Source: the human T2T-CHM13v2.0 reference genome, Homo sapiens
Assembly (NCBI RefSeq): GCF_009914755.1
Contig: NC_060938.1
Reading direction: 5' to 3' (one strand)
DNA length: 64,000 nt
A program made the position numbers and the translations under genes. The notes under the pieces are model-generated. The model was not told the origin of the DNA and searched no databases. It saw only the letters and a list, made by a program, of their open reading frames with translations. Numbering within the stretch: the first letter of the stretch is position 1; the number at the start of each line of letters is the position of its first letter. Below, one piece after another: positions 1 through 18,077 of the stretch.

Positions 1-158
1 GATATAATTTTAAGTGGTAAATTAGTTCTTTGATAGGCATGATAACATAGTTTTCTACTTATTCTTGTGTTGTGTGCTCATATATTTTTTATGAGAAATC
101 TTACATTTGAAATAGGTTAGCATTGACTCTTTTTTTGTTGTTTCAAATCTCCCCATAG

Positions 159-257
159 GAATAAGAATCTTGATAATTTCCTCATGGCATTATTGTACTA
201 CTTATCCCATTACTTGGAAAAAAACTCACTGGAAAAGAAACCCAAAAGCTATATGGT
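159..257 (+). CDS. PPP1R36: PPP1R36 internal coding exon (99 nt, phase 2-2): [32 protein letters not shown](V)
   Basis: Pyrimidine tract + ccccatAG acceptor (157-158), GTaagt donor (258), open frame that joins in phase with the next exon. Gene identity recalled from protein sequence, not searched. Confidence 0.88.
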
Positions 258-462
258 GTAAGTAAGATTTTATAGTGTGCTTTAGAGTTTTATCACTGCC
301 AGTATTAAAAGTAACTTTTGTCTAGGATAAAGAGATGATGGAAATTTTTAAATCTTTGAGATGTACTAAGACATTTTACATGGGAAGAGTGTGTCAGTTT
401 TTAAAGCTCACTGGATAATTTATATGTGTAGTCCAGCAACAAAATATTCCAACTGACACAGA

Positions 463-768
463 CTAGCATTGCACAGTAATGAGATAATGAAAGCCATGTA
501 TGTAATTTTAAATTTCTGGTAAACATATCTTAAAAATGTAATAAGATACATGTGAAATTAATTTTAATAGTGTCTTTTATTTAACCCAGTGATGCAAAAA
601 ATATTATCATGCAACAGTAGTTGATATATCAAGTTATTAATGAGATGTGTTACTTTTTTGTAGTAAGTCTGGTGTCTATTTTATACCTATAATATATCTC
701 AATTCATACTAGACACATTCTCAGTAGCCACATGTGGCTAGTGGCAACCATCTTGAAGGTGCAGATAT
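463..768. mobile_element. MER33-like hAT-Charlie DNA transposon remnant
   Basis: ctcagtagccacatgtggctagtggcaaccatcttg end and AT-rich MER33-like body. Confidence 0.65.
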
Positions 769-1541
769 AGTTGTTGTTTGTGTGCTTTTTATGCTTACAA
801 AGTTCTTGCTAAAGGGCTTGTAAGCATCCAATTAAAAAAAATCTAAGAATTAAAAAAATTAATATATTTGGCCAAAGTGGCATTCCACATCACAGGAAAA
901 AAAATTCAAGGTTTCTTAGGCTACTTATAAAGAATTTAAATGCTTTAGCTTTAGGCAGAAGTGGCGCAGAGGTGTACACCAGGGCAAGAATCTGGGAACT
1001 CAGAATACAGAGCAGAACAATGCCTCTCAGCCTTGGTGACCTTTTGCAAGCCATGGAACTTTCCACACGCCAGGCTGCCCTCCCCAGTACGTGTGGAACC
1101 AACCCAATGATTTAGCTGTTAGGAATGCTGGGTAGAGTAATTAAGTTGTTGCTGCAGGATGTTTTCAAAATGCAAAACCCTGTATACAATCAAGCAGTTG
1201 GAAAAACATCTTATGGATAGAATAAATGTATCTGGATAGTTTTGTAAAGAACCAAATAAATAATTTAAAAACTCTTGTTCCTGTAAAGCCATCATAATAT
1301 ACAATATCAGTGTTATTTTGGGACTGTATTTCACAACAGGGCAGCCAGAGCATGAAATGTTTCTATGGTAGCAAGCAAAAGGGTTTAAAGCCAGCTGTGG
1401 ACTTAGAAGGTTTGAAGATTCTTACTATTTCCAAATGAAACGTAATTAGACATTTTTGGCACTTTGGCTTATTACATTTTTTTATCGTATTTCCTCTTCT
1501 GAGGCTTATTGCTAATCTGGCAAAAAGATTTGTTTAATTTC

Positions 1542-1848
1542 TTTTTTCTTTTCTTTTTTTTTTTTTGAGTTGGAGTCTGGCTCTGTCACCCAGGCTGGGG
1601 TGCAGTGGTGCAATCTCGGCTCACTGCAACGTCCACCGCTCAGGTTCAAGTGATTTTCCCACCTCAGCCTCCTGAGTAGCTGGGATTACAGGAGCCCACA
1701 ACCACGCCCAGCTAATTTTTATATTTTTAGTAGAGATGGGGTTTCACCATGTTGGCCAATCTGGTCTCGAACTCCTGACCTCAGGTGATCTGCCTGCCCC
1801 AACCTCCCAAAGTGCTAGGATTACAGGTGTGAGTAACCGTGCCTGGCC
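1542..1848 (-). mobile_element. AluS
   Basis: Poly-T then reverse-complement Alu dimer. Confidence 0.95.
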
Positions 1849-2011
1849 TACTTTCTTAATTGATAAGAATAGATAATAAGACAGGTTTTCTAGTTGAAGA
1901 TGCACTAAACATACTAGAACACAGTGGTATAAGGTAGACTGTTCCTTAGAAGGAATCAGTTACTCAGATTGACAAAAACAAACCAATTGAAGCCTTAAAA
2001 GTATGGATTTT

Positions 2012-2311
<300 letters not shown>

Positions 2312-2654
2312 TTATGGTGTGATTCTAAAAATAAAAATTACAACTTTTTATTTTCAGGCTTCCTGTGGTCAGTTGGTTTACTTACTATAATAGAATTAAA
2401 TATTGATTGCATTGAGGTATCTGCACAGAAGAAAAAAACTGATTTCAAATACCAAGATAGAGCATAGGGATAGTAATAGCATTTAATTCACAGAGTTATT
2501 ATACAGAAGTAGATGAGACAGTGTATCTTAACCCAGTGCATGGCACTTGGGAGGAAAGCCTACAGCCGTGAGAGGAAAGCAGAAAAGGGTGAAGATGGAT
2601 GGCAACGGTACACTTAAATGATGTCAGGTGATTAAAAGCCCTACTTCCAAAAGA

Positions 2655-2830
2655 AGAAGCCTTATCCCTATTTTACAGATGAAGAAATTAAGGCTCACAG
2701 AGGTTAAATAGTTTGTTGGGGATTACGTACCATACCTAGGAGATGACATTACAGTTCCTAGGTGGAACTGATATTAGAACCCAGGTCTGTTTAACTCCAA
2801 GGCTTGTGCCTTAATCACTGTACAACATGC
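2655..2830 (-). mobile_element. MIR
   Basis: ttttacagatgaagaaattaaggctcacagaggttaaatag core. Confidence 0.7.
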
Positions 2831-2904
2831 CCAGCACTTCCCACCAATCAACTGCACTGTTTTCCAGAGTTTATCTGTCCGTAATTAGAATTTTTAGCTT
2901 CTGA

Positions 2905-3286
<382 letters not shown>

Positions 3287-3504
3287 TAATCTTCATAATT
3301 ATAATTTTTAATGGTAGCATAGTTTTCCATCAAGCCAATGTGTGTGAATTGACTTACCTACTAAGAGGCAGTATATTATAGTGGTTAAGGGTACAGATTT
3401 TGATGCTTGGGTTACATCTCGTGGAAGACTCACTCATAAGTTAGGTTAATAAGCATCAAGTCCTTAAACAATACCTGACCGTATTGCTGCTCCCTTTATC
3501 CTTC

Positions 3505-3864
3505 TGTATTAGTCTGTTCTCATGTTTCTAATAAAGACATACCCAACTGGGTAATTTATAAAGGAAAGAGGCTTAATGGACTCACAGTTCCACATGGCTG
3601 CGGAGGCCTCACAATCATGGTGGAAGGCGAATGAGGAGCAACAGCATGTCTTACATGGTGGCAGGCAAGAAAGCATGCGCAGGGGAACACCCCTCATAAA
3701 ACTATCAGATCTCATGAAACTTATTCACTATCATGAAACAGCATGGGAAAGACCCGCCACGATGATTCAGTTACCTCCCATTGGGTCCCTCCCATGACAC
3801 ATGGGAATTATGGGAGCTACAATTTAAGATGAGATTTGGGTGGGGACACAGCCAAACCATATCA
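3505..3864 (-). mobile_element. THE1 (MaLR) solo LTR
   Basis: TG...CA ends matching THE1 termini; exact 5-bp TSD CCTTC (3500-3504, 3865-3869). Confidence 0.92.
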
Positions 3865-4389
3865 CCTTCTATTTTATATATTTTGGCAGTTTCTAATTTT
3901 TCTGATATATAAATAATGATTGCATTGAATATCCTCATGCATAAAAGTTTCCTCCTAATTTTGGATGATTTTTTTAAAAGAATAAATTTCCAGGAGAGAT
4001 GATATTGGATCAAAATTTATGATAATTTCTATGGCTCTTGAAATTATTTTCAGTTTTTTTCCCCAAAGGATTATGCCAATTTTCTGTTACAAGCAATGCA
4101 TAAGCGCATCCGTTTCAACAAAATTTTGTCAGCATTATTGTTTGCACTTTTAAAGAATGTGCTTTAAAAGTGAACCACTAACTGGCTTTGTATTTAAGGC
4201 AGTTTTACAAAATTAGATGAAAACAGTATGGGGGAATGGTTTCCAGACACAGAAATGTGGTGCAAACAGGCCACCTCTGCCTGGAGTTTTGTATATAGGT
4301 TAGCTTCTCTTGAGTATTTTTTTTTCATAGCTTTTTCCTTTTTTTTCCATTTCAACACATCAGTTCTTTATGTATATGTGCATATGGGG

Positions 4390-4572
4390 TCTAGGGACCA
4401 CTTGCCTTGGAATCATTTGGGAAGATTGTTTTAAATTTCCTGGGCTAGACCCAGACTCCTGAGCCAGAATCTTGGAGAGAGGGTTGCACTGGGAATTTGC
4501 ACTGTTAGCAAGTATCCCCAGTGATTCTTTCATAATTCATAGGTTTATTAAAACTTGAGAAGCATTGGCCTA
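4390..4572. mobile_element. MER5-like hAT remnant
   Basis: ggaatcatttggg...gaatct...aagtatccccagtgattct...ttgagaagcattgg pattern. Confidence 0.55.
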
Positions 4573-5362
4573 AAAGCTTCAAGGCATTCCTTGGTGGCTG
4601 TAGTTTGATTTGGTTGTTTTCTACAGCAAAAGAAGAATATTAGCTACTGGCAGCTCTGGCAGAGTAGGGTGACCAGTGAGGGTGGAGCTGCTGAAGGAAA
4701 CAGGCACAGGGGTGTGGCCACTGGGGTGCATCTGGAGGGGTGTGTTTGGGTTATATCCTCCATGCCATGAGGGGAAGGGGGTGTATTAAGGATAATACAG
4801 TTTGTCTTTGTATTAAGGATAATAATAACTGTTCTTGCTGACTTCATGGAGTCAGTCCAATGGTTATATCAGAAGGGGCAGTCATTTGTCCCTGTTTAGA
4901 GTAAATATCATTTGGTGTCTAGTGACACCTCACTTTTCCATAAGAGTACAACTCACTTTTCAATAACAGTACATTGGAATGTATCGTCAGCAATATTTCC
5001 TACTGTATTGTATAGCAGAAACTTAAAATTTGGCTTCAGACATGCTGTAACCTAAGAACAGTTTGTCTTTGTGAAAGTTCATTTGCAATTCAATTGGAAC
5101 TGCAGCTGGTTTCACAGGGAAGCAGTGTTATTGTAACTGATGCCAAAGTTCCCAGAGTAGTAGTTCACAGATGCCTTCTTAGCAAACACAGCTACACTCA
5201 AAATGGAGAGTTGGTCCTTGTTCACATGTTGAGCCCCCAAGCTCAGTAGTGACATAGGGAACGCAGGGGAAGCTGAGGTACGTAGCCTCCACGGTTGTTT
5301 TAGGAAAATAGCAGGAAAGTAGGCTGCTAACCGCCTGAGCAACCAGTATAGATAATTTGTTA

Positions 5363-5755
<393 letters not shown>

Positions 5756-5905
5756 GCAAAAATACACCATAAGCTTGAGATGCTGATTCCAATGATTAAA
5801 TATGAAGGGACTTTAAGGATTTTCCTATACCATTGCTTAAATAACATAAACTCATTGGTAAGTGAAGTCTGTTGACTCACTTGTATTTCTTTCAAAATAG
5901 TTTAT

Positions 5906-6181
5906 GGCTGGGCACACTGGCTCACGCCTGCCATCCCAACACTTTGGGAGGCCAAGGGGAGGATCACTTGAGTCCAGGAGTTCAAGATTAGCCTGGACAA
6001 CAGAGTGAGACCCTGCCTCTACACAAAATAAAAAAAGATTAGCCAGGCATGGTGGCATGCGCCTATGAGGCAGGAGGATTGCTTGAGCCCTGGAGGTTGA
6101 GGCTGCAGTGAGCTGTGATCGCACCACTGCACTCCAGCCTAGGTAGCAGAGCAAGACTCTGTCTTAAAGAAAAGAAGAAAA
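5906..6181 (+). mobile_element. AluJ with internal deletion
   Basis: AluJ diagnostics (gagtccaggagttcaag, gaggctgcagtgagctgtgatc). Confidence 0.9.
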
Positions 6182-6265
6182 GTTTATAATTCTGACTTTT
6201 TGCTAGTTAATATAGGCACTTATGACAATTAACCCAAATTCTCTTTTTTTTGTCCTCCCCATCAG

Positions 6266-6400
6266 AGGCCTTGTAGAGAAAAAAGAAATGGAATTGGTTT
6301 TAAGTGAATTAGAAGCAGCACAGAGGTACTTGGCGCAGAAGTACTGTATCCTTGTGCTGGGCTTGGCCGTGCCGGATAAGCATCACATGTGCTGTGGAAA
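6266..6400 (+). CDS. PPP1R36: PPP1R36 coding exon (135 nt, phase 2-2): [44 protein letters not shown](K)
   Basis: ttttttgtcctccccatcAG acceptor, GTaagc donor at 6401; lies in ORF-track 6222..6404; phase matches neighbours. Confidence 0.9.
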
Positions 6401-7454
6401 GTAAGCAGATACTTACACTTCATTAGATCATCACTCCATCATAGACTCACATCCTTAAGATGCTTCCGTTTGACTTTTGTTACCTTGAGAAAATGTTCCT
6501 TTTTCTGTTGTCCAGAGTAATTGGGCTCAGGTGAGAATCTGTCCCAAACCCTTGTAATGTCTCCTTTGAGAGACCGAAGTGCATGTGGAAGAAATCTCAG
6601 AATCTCAGCGGATATTTTTAAAACTTTCCACTGCTTGAGATTGAATGACATGGTCTCTCAGTGAAATCTTGCTCTCAACCAGGAAGGGCTCTTGCTGCCA
6701 GACTTGGCTCCCTTGGGCAGGAGGCCTGGTGGGGCCGGTAGTGCAGGGGGATTAGGTGTCTCCCTATCCTTTTACTGCTTATTTTGCAGCAGCAACAATT
6801 GTGAGTAGGAGCTGCTGAGGTGTGGATTCTAAGATGGTTCTTTGTGGGAAGATCATTTTTACCTTAGGATGACTATTTTTACACCACTGTAATTAAAACT
6901 TAAAGAGGAGTCTCATCACAGGTTTGGGATCACAAGGTCGAACACATCAACCCTTAACTCAGAATCTCCTTCTCTGAGTTTCACAACAGGCCCCAGATCT
7001 ACATCATGGTCATAGCCAGAACAGTTTTTTTCCCCCATAGGAAAATAATTATTCCCCCCATAGGAAAAGAACCTAGTACATGATGTGTCTCTTTCTACAT
7101 TCTCCACATTTTCAAAGACCAGCTTTGTCAATGAGCATACTTACACAGTTGTTGGTATATACATTTTTGTATTCTGTATTTCCTGGGTACTTTCTCTTAT
7201 TATTCTGACTATGTGATTTCACTTACCACTTTGAATAGGATTCTGTTATGTAACATACATATTTGCTTAACCATTCTTTTTGTGTACATTTGCATAAATT
7301 TTAGTTTTTGTGTGTTATAATATTTCTGCATTGAATATTCTTTGTTCATTTGGACTATTTCCTTATGGCTTATTTTCCACAGTATATTTACCTAGAAAGC
7401 CACAGTTTTGTAGCTCTTGATACATACTGCTAGATTGTTCTCTATAAAGGTTAA

Positions 7455-7761
<307 letters not shown>

Positions 7762-7885
7762 TAGTTTAAGACATTTTGTATTACCATCAGCAGTAAGTAT
7801 ATCTGGTTGCATTGGGTTTTATTACTTTAATATTTTTGATAGTTTAAAGGTGTATAAAAAGCTTAAAGATGTTTTATTTGACTGA

Positions 7886-8191
<306 letters not shown>

Positions 8192-8679
8192 TAATTCGTT
8201 CTTTAGTTGGGTAGATTTTTTCCAAGTTACCCAGGGTCTGAGAGGCACAGGCATATGTTCTCTAATTTCTTCTTGGCTATTCATAAGGATCGTATATTAG
8301 TTTATAAAGTTAAAAAACAGATATACATATGAAGTTTCTCTCAGATGGAACTTGATATTTATTGATGTTTGCATCGATATACTTTCAGTTCAGGCTCACT
8401 TTCTTTGTTTTGTTGGTTGTATCTTGGCGTTGTCGGCCATTTCTCTTCTCTTGCACCCCTGTTTCTATAGTGGTGGATGTCCTCGATCCACTTCCGAGGC
8501 CCAGCATCTCTGTGATTTGATTCACCATGTGTGTGTGATTTTTCATGATTTGGGAATACACTCTTAATGTGTATTCCTGACAACACCCATTCTTTATTCT
8601 ACTACATCCGTTCTGCAGCTTTCAAGTTTTTGTTGCTGCAGTTCTGTTATGGAGTTGACAAGTTTGGTTCTGCTTTCCA

Positions 8680-10193
<1,514 letters not shown>

Positions 10194-10351
10194 TGAAATC
10201 AATTTAGTAAGTCTTGAAGAGAGTAGACTAGAACTTTAAAAATCAGAGTACATCATAAAAAGTAAAAGTAAGTATTGTTTTAGGAGACTTGTTTCAGTGT
10301 GTACTGGGGACTCTATTAAATATATTTCTTTCTGTGGGTTACAGTAAAAAA

Positions 10352-11100
10352 TAAAAACCACAATGAGATACTATTTCACATCAGTCAGAATGGCCATTAT
10401 TAAAAAGTCAAAAAATAACAGATGCTGGCTAGGTTGCAGAGAAAAGGGAACGCTTATACACTGTTGGTGGGATGTAAATTAGTTCAACCATTGTGGAAAG
10501 CAGTATGGTGATTCCTCAAAGAGCTAAAAGCAGAACTACCATTCAACCCAGCATTCCCATTACTGGGTATATACCCAGAGGAATGTGAAGCATTCTGTCA
10601 TAAAGACACATGCATGCAAATGTTCATTGCAGCACTGTTCACAATAGCAAAGACATGGAATCAACCTAAATGCCCAACAGTGACACACTGGATAAAGAAA
10701 AGGTGGTACGTTTACACCTTGGAATACTCTGCAGCTATAAAAAAGAATGAGATCATGCCTTCTGTGGGAACATGGATAGAGCTGGAGGCTATTATCCTTA
10801 GCAAACTAGCACAGGAGCAGAAAACGAAATACTGCATGTTCTCATTTATTTATAAGTCGGAGCTAAATGATAAGAACTTATGAACACAAAGAAAGAAGCA
10901 ACAGACACTGGGGTCCACTTGAGGTGGGAATGGTAGGAGGAGGGAGAGGAGCAGAAAAGATAAGTATTGTCTACTGAGCTTAATACCTGAGCGATGTGAT
11001 AATACGTACAACAAACCCCCGTGACTCGTGTTTATCTATTTAACAAACCTTCACATGTACCCCCAAACCTAAAATAAAAATTAAAAGAAAAAAGAAACCC
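10352..11100 (+). mobile_element. L1PA (old, ~PA13-16) 3' end, 5'-truncated
   Basis: ORF2 C-terminal homology MFIAALFTIAKTWNQPKCP (10614-10883), L1 3' UTR, AATAAA and A-tail. Confidence 0.92.
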
Positions 11101-11498
11101 AAAAGGACAAGAGCATATATAAACTAATGGAATTATTACATTTAATCTCTCTGATGAGTGAGGTATAGTAGTAGATTTAATATAGAGATACTTAAAAGTT
11201 GGGGATGTTTCAGCATCAAAAATACCTTCCTGTGATCCAAAAACAGGAAGCTTTTACAGGTGTTTAGGGCTGTTGGTGGAGGTTCAGCTTGCTATAGACT
11301 TCATTGTTTAGAAAGAAGTAGTGTTTTCTCTTGACAAAGTTTTTAGGAAAAGCATTATGATAAAATTACAGTCATCTTTACAGTTTCCTACTCAATCATT
11401 TATAACATCACTATTAATATTGACACTAATTTCTTTTGTCTTTAAAGTGTCACTTCTAGTTAGAAAACTAGGATTTAAGGTTAAAAAACCTGCTCTTG

Positions 11499-12120
<622 letters not shown>

Positions 12121-12715
12121 ATTTTTTTTAAATTTCTCATACTTAATGTTTAATCTTTAAAAACACATATACATTGCAAACCAATGTTGGGATAAAAAGC
12201 AAACTATAAACAATTATACCATAATTAGAGAATTTATAATATTTTTTAGTTCTCGGCATAGAGCCTCCACTGAAGTAATTATACTTTTTCCAAGGCAATT
12301 TTTACACAAACCTTTAAAGGAACACATATGTTTGAAAGTAGATGATGGCCTCTGGTTAGCACTAGCTCATTTCCAGATGGTGCTGGTCATTTTTCCACTG
12401 TATGCGACATAACCCATGTTTCCTCTGCCTGCTGGATAGCAGTTTATAGAAGAATGAGCGCAGATCTCACCACCCACGTAACAAATTCCATACAGGTCAA
12501 ACGCTGAACAAAGGACATAAAAGACAGACTGGAACAGGTTTTTGCCATGATTCGGAAGTTTATATTGTTCTTTTGGTGGCTTTTATGCAGGAGAAGATGA
12601 GGACAATGTTTTTGCCGGTTATAAGTGATTAACTCATTTTAACATTCCACTTCTTTCCGATTTCAGTAAGCTAATATTTTCATGTGTATTTTCTGACTTT
12701 TCTCTTTCATATATG

Positions 12716-13495
12716 TGTTACCGAAGTGAACTGGGGTCCGCTTGCCTGATGCAGTCAGGTGAAACATCCACACCGTGGTTTGTAATATCAGGAGAAAGGA
12801 GGGTATTTATTTGCAGGTTGGCAAGCAAGTAGAATCAGGCAGCTCTCACTTAAGACCTGACCTCTCTGATGGCTTGTAAGCAAGGGTTTTTAAAGGCAGG
12901 AGTACATTTCAGGAAAGCAGAAGTTACAGGCAAAGTTGTAAATCAATACATAGAGGTTATATATTGGTTTGGACTAAAAAGGCAGGATATTTTGAAGCGG
13001 GGCCTTACAGGTCATAAGCAGATTCCAAGATTTTCTGATTTGGTTAAGGTAGAGCAGCTTTGTTTTAAAAACTTGGGGTCTGCAGAAAGATGTGTTAGGT
13101 CTGGCTCATGTACATGACTTCTAGGCCTCTCAGGAAGAACTTTAGAACAATGAATGCAGTTAGAGTTCAGTCCTCAGTCTCCCCTTATCTGAGGTCTACA
13201 TGCCAGTGGACCCATTTGGTGGGGGTCTGAGTTTCTGAAAAACAACGCAGGGACATATGTTAAAATGTTATTTTTACTTTATATAGGGAACCAAACATCT
13301 TGTGACTCTAACTTCCTTGGCTGTCTTTTAAGCTACTGTTATCTTCTTATCAAGTTGCTCATTTACTTCTCAGGGCTAGCTAGGTGCCTGGAATTTCCCT
13401 TACAGGAACTCAAGGCTTCCCTTTATTTCCATGTTTGGGGGTGGGGGTGGGGTGGCAGATCCCTAAGTGTGGGGGGTGGTCCCTGTTTTGTCTCA
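12716..13495 (-). mobile_element. ERV1-class solo LTR (~780 bp; subfamily not assigned)
   Basis: TG...CA termini, near-matching 4-bp flanks TATG/TGTG, minus-strand AATAAA near 12806, ERV1-like U5 sequence. Confidence 0.75.
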
Positions 13496-14319
13496 TGTGC
13501 ACACTTAATATTTGACTACAACACATTATGCTGCGTATCTCTATGATTAAAGATTTTAGTAGAACCAGCAGTTTGGGTGCTGTTAATTTAGTGCTTTCAT
13601 GTCTCTTGAGAAGTAGAAGGATGTGCCTTTAAATGTCTGAGGAACCCTGACATCCTGAAAGTTTTGGCAGAATTTTGATGAACACGTTCAGTAAAAGTTC
13701 TTTGTGTTTTCCAAGTTAGATATGAAAACCTCCTTGGTGGCAGGCACATGCCATAGTTAGATCTCTTTGGTGATGGCCAATGCTGGCTCCACCCCCGCCT
13801 CTACGCTAGTATTTATACCTTCTTCCACTGTTCTCAGTGCAGCTGTCACTTGATGGGCAACCAGAGAGGCTAGCGGTGGGGCTGACGGGGAAAAAGGGAG
13901 TCTTTTTGAAACTCAGGTGTGTAAATTATCCCTAAGCCCTATTCCTCTACCCTTACCCCCAGTCACATGCACCAAAGCCTCTTTCCCCTCCCCTAAAATA
14001 CATCCCTTTGACACTCTTGTATAGAGCAGGCCTTGACCTTCTTTTAAACCTGATTTCACCTAGAGCAGCAGGGGGCAAGTGGGGGAGCACAACTTTTTTT
14101 CTCCCTAGCCCAGAACCCTGGGTCTAGACTTTGTTTCCCTTTAGGAATGACAAATCATAAAATATACTTTCCTCATTTTGATTTGGAGCCAAGAGTCTAA
14201 GGTAGCAAGAAGGAATAAGAGAGCATCATAACAGGCCACTAAAATTCTCTAGATTTACTACCAGGCTGGCTTTCCCCTCTTTCCTTTGGGTTGTGTCCTC
14301 AAACATGGAATGCATGGTG

Positions 14320-14612
14320 TCTGTGCTGACCAGCATGGTGGCCACTTGCCACACGCGGCTGTTGAGCACTTTGAAATGTAGTAGTCCAAATTGAAACATA
14401 CTATAAGTGAAAAATAAGCACTGTACACAGGAAGTCTAAATATGAATAAAACATCTCAATACTTTAGAAATATTGCTTCTATATTGAAATGATAATATTT
14501 TGGGGGTTTGGATAAAATTTATTATTAAAATTAGCTTCACTTGTTTCTCTTCACTGTGGCTACTAGAAAATTTAAAATTAATTTATGGCTTGCATTATAT
14601 TTCCACGGATTG
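14320..14612. mobile_element. MER33/MER3-like hAT-Charlie remnant
   Basis: ctgtgctgaccagcatggtggccacttgccacacgcggctgttgagcact...tggctactagaaaatttaaaatt. Confidence 0.7.
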
Positions 14613-14689
14613 TATTGTTTAAACCCCATTTCTATTTGCAGACGATTCTGGGAGGCTTAAATTTTGTTATTTTAATTTTTTAAAATTTA

Positions 14690-15021
14690 ATTTAATTTAT
14701 TTTTATTTTTTATTTTTTTTGAGATAGGGTCTCACTTTGCCACCCAGGCTAGAGTGCAGTGGCACTATCTTGGCTCACTGCAGCCTCAACTTCCTGTTCT
14801 CAAGCGATCCTCCCACCTGGCCCCATAAGTAGCTGGGACTACAAGGCGTGTGCCACCACTCCCAGCTATATATATATATATATATTTTTTTTTTGTATTT
14901 TTGTAGAGATCGCGTTTTGCCATCTTGCCCAGGCTGGTCTTGAACTCCTGAGCTCAAGCGATCTGCCTGCCTTGGCTTTCCAAAGCGCTAGAATTACAGG
15001 TGTGAGCCACCATGCCAGGCC
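14690..15021 (-). mobile_element. AluJ with (TA)n in the middle linker
   Basis: Reverse AluJ; (TA)n at ~14868-14885. Confidence 0.92.
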
Positions 15022-15341
15022 AATTTTGTTATTTTATAATCAATAAATTTTTAAATTTATAATCAATTTATTTTAAGTATATGTACTTAATATAAAAATT
15101 ATAAAATACCAAAATAGACAGGAAAACGACTCAAAATATACCAGCCAGAAGTAAATTTGTAGAGCTTTTAACTATGAAGTCCCCAGATGTATTCACTGTA
15201 TGCACCCATTTCCTGGACGCATTTCTATTTCATATGCAGGGCTAAATCAGAATGGCAAGAAGAAACCCATGACATTCTGTACTTAATTTTTGCAGTATGG
15301 GTTACATCAGTTTGCTTTGGGCATTAAGAGAGAAAGAGTTA

Positions 15342-16009
<668 letters not shown>

Positions 16010-16479
16010 TTACCTTCTCTTCTAATGTCTAAAAAAAGAACCCAGAAAGAAAAGGAAAGAAAGTGTGTTTCCTGGGCAATCACTCTCATTTCAAAACCAT
16101 GCTAAGATGGTGCTGGTTTGCCTTGTGCTGATGTGAGCTCTGCTCTAGATCTCCCAGAATACAAGCTGACTTTATTCCCAAAACAGACTTTGGCTAGTTT
16201 TCTTGCTTCAGCTTGGCAGGTGTTCATGGTCTCTGGTTTCAGCTGGCAGAAGATTTACAGTTAGTTATGGAAGAGGAGCTTTGAAAGGGTGGAAATTTCA
16301 CATCAGCACACCCCTCAGGTGGAGGCCTCAGGTGGCACAGAGAAGAAATGCTGAGGCTTGCTCTGAAAAGTTTCCGCTGAGCTCTGTTGTTCAGTACGTT
16401 TATCTGCAAACTATTTTAAAGAAAAAAGCTTATTCTCCTCACAGTCCAGTTATGAGGACAGACGTGGGTATCTGACAGG

Positions 16480-16730
16480 CCCGAGTTTTAGTACAGGATC
16501 TGTCCCTAATTAGATATATGTCTTTGGACTTAAGTCTCAACTTTAGTTTCCTCAGTTGAGAAGTGGGAATAATAATGTTGACTATACCATAGGGATGTTA
16601 TGAAGACCAGATATGATAATACATGTAAAGGGCTTAGCGTGGTGCAGGATGTTATAAAGACTAGATAGGATCATACATGTAAAGGGCTTAGTGCAGTACC
16701 CGGCACATAGTCCATACTTAGTCCATGTTC
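16480..16730 (+). mobile_element. MIR with internal 54-bp tandem duplication
   Basis: agtttcctcagttgagaagtgggaataata core; tgtaaagggcttag present twice. Confidence 0.75.
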
Positions 16731-17041
16731 ACTCTAATTGCTATTGCCGTAGTTCTTTATTGAAGACTTGCACATGAAGAAACCAATATATAATGAAGAG
16801 AGTCTGTAGGAGGGGAGGGGCAGGCCCCAGTAACCACCTCTTTGGCCTCATTCCCCAAGTGGAGGGCTAGTTTGGGCCCATTCAGACCAGGAAGTCCCTG
16901 TGAGAAGGCCGAAGGTCCTGTGAGGTTTGGGTCATCTTTCCCAGACTGTGGGAGTTCAGGATGGTTCTGGAGAGCCTGGTACCAAGGCCAATCCTCAGAG
17001 TCACAGTTCCTCCAAGGAAGGCCCCAACAAAAGCAGAAGCA

Positions 17042-17545
17042 GGCCGGGCACCTTGGCTCACGCCTGTCATCCCAGCACTTTGGGAGGGTGAGGTGGGTGG
17101 ATAGCTTGAGCTCAGGAGTTCGAGACCAGCCTGGCCAACATGGTGAAACCCCATCTCTACAAAAAATACAAAAATTAGCTGGTCATGTTGGTGTGTGCCT
17201 GTAGTCTCAGCTACTTGGGAGGCTGAGGTGGGAGGATCACCTAAGCCTGGGGAGGTCAGGGCTGCCGTGAGCCATGATCATGCTACTGTGCTCCAGCCTG
17301 GATGACAGAATGAGACCCTGTCTCAAAAAAAAAAAAAAAAAAAAAAATTAGCCAGTGTGGTGGTGTATACTTGTGGTCCCAGCTTCTTGTGAGGCTGAGG
17401 TGGGTACCAGGCTCTCCAGAACCATCCTGAACTCCTACAGTCTGGTGGGAGGATTGGGAGGTGGGAGGATTGCTTGAGCCCAGAAGGTCAAGGCTATAGT
17501 GAGCTATGATCACACTACTGCACTCCAGCTCTGTCTTAAAAAAGA
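17042..17545 (+). mobile_element. AluJ-like dimer plus an extra right arm carrying a non-Alu insertion
   Basis: Full Alu 17042-17345, then right-arm sequence 17346-17545 interrupted at 17403-17445. Confidence 0.9.
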
Positions 17546-17611
17546 AGCAAAACCAGGATCAGCCTTGAAGTGTCCAGGGTCTGGCCTTGGCCGCTGTGAC
17601 TGATCAAGTGA

Positions 17612-18077
<466 letters not shown>

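Noticed and set aside
10614-10883. 89-aa ORF resembling a real protein (also 25411-25614 and 48918-49142)
   Set aside because: Fragments of L1 ORF2 within truncated, decayed L1 copies.
13437-13476. G-quadruplex in the ERV1 LTR
   Set aside because: Three close G-runs, but the fourth is ~18 nt away; weak and unremarkable.
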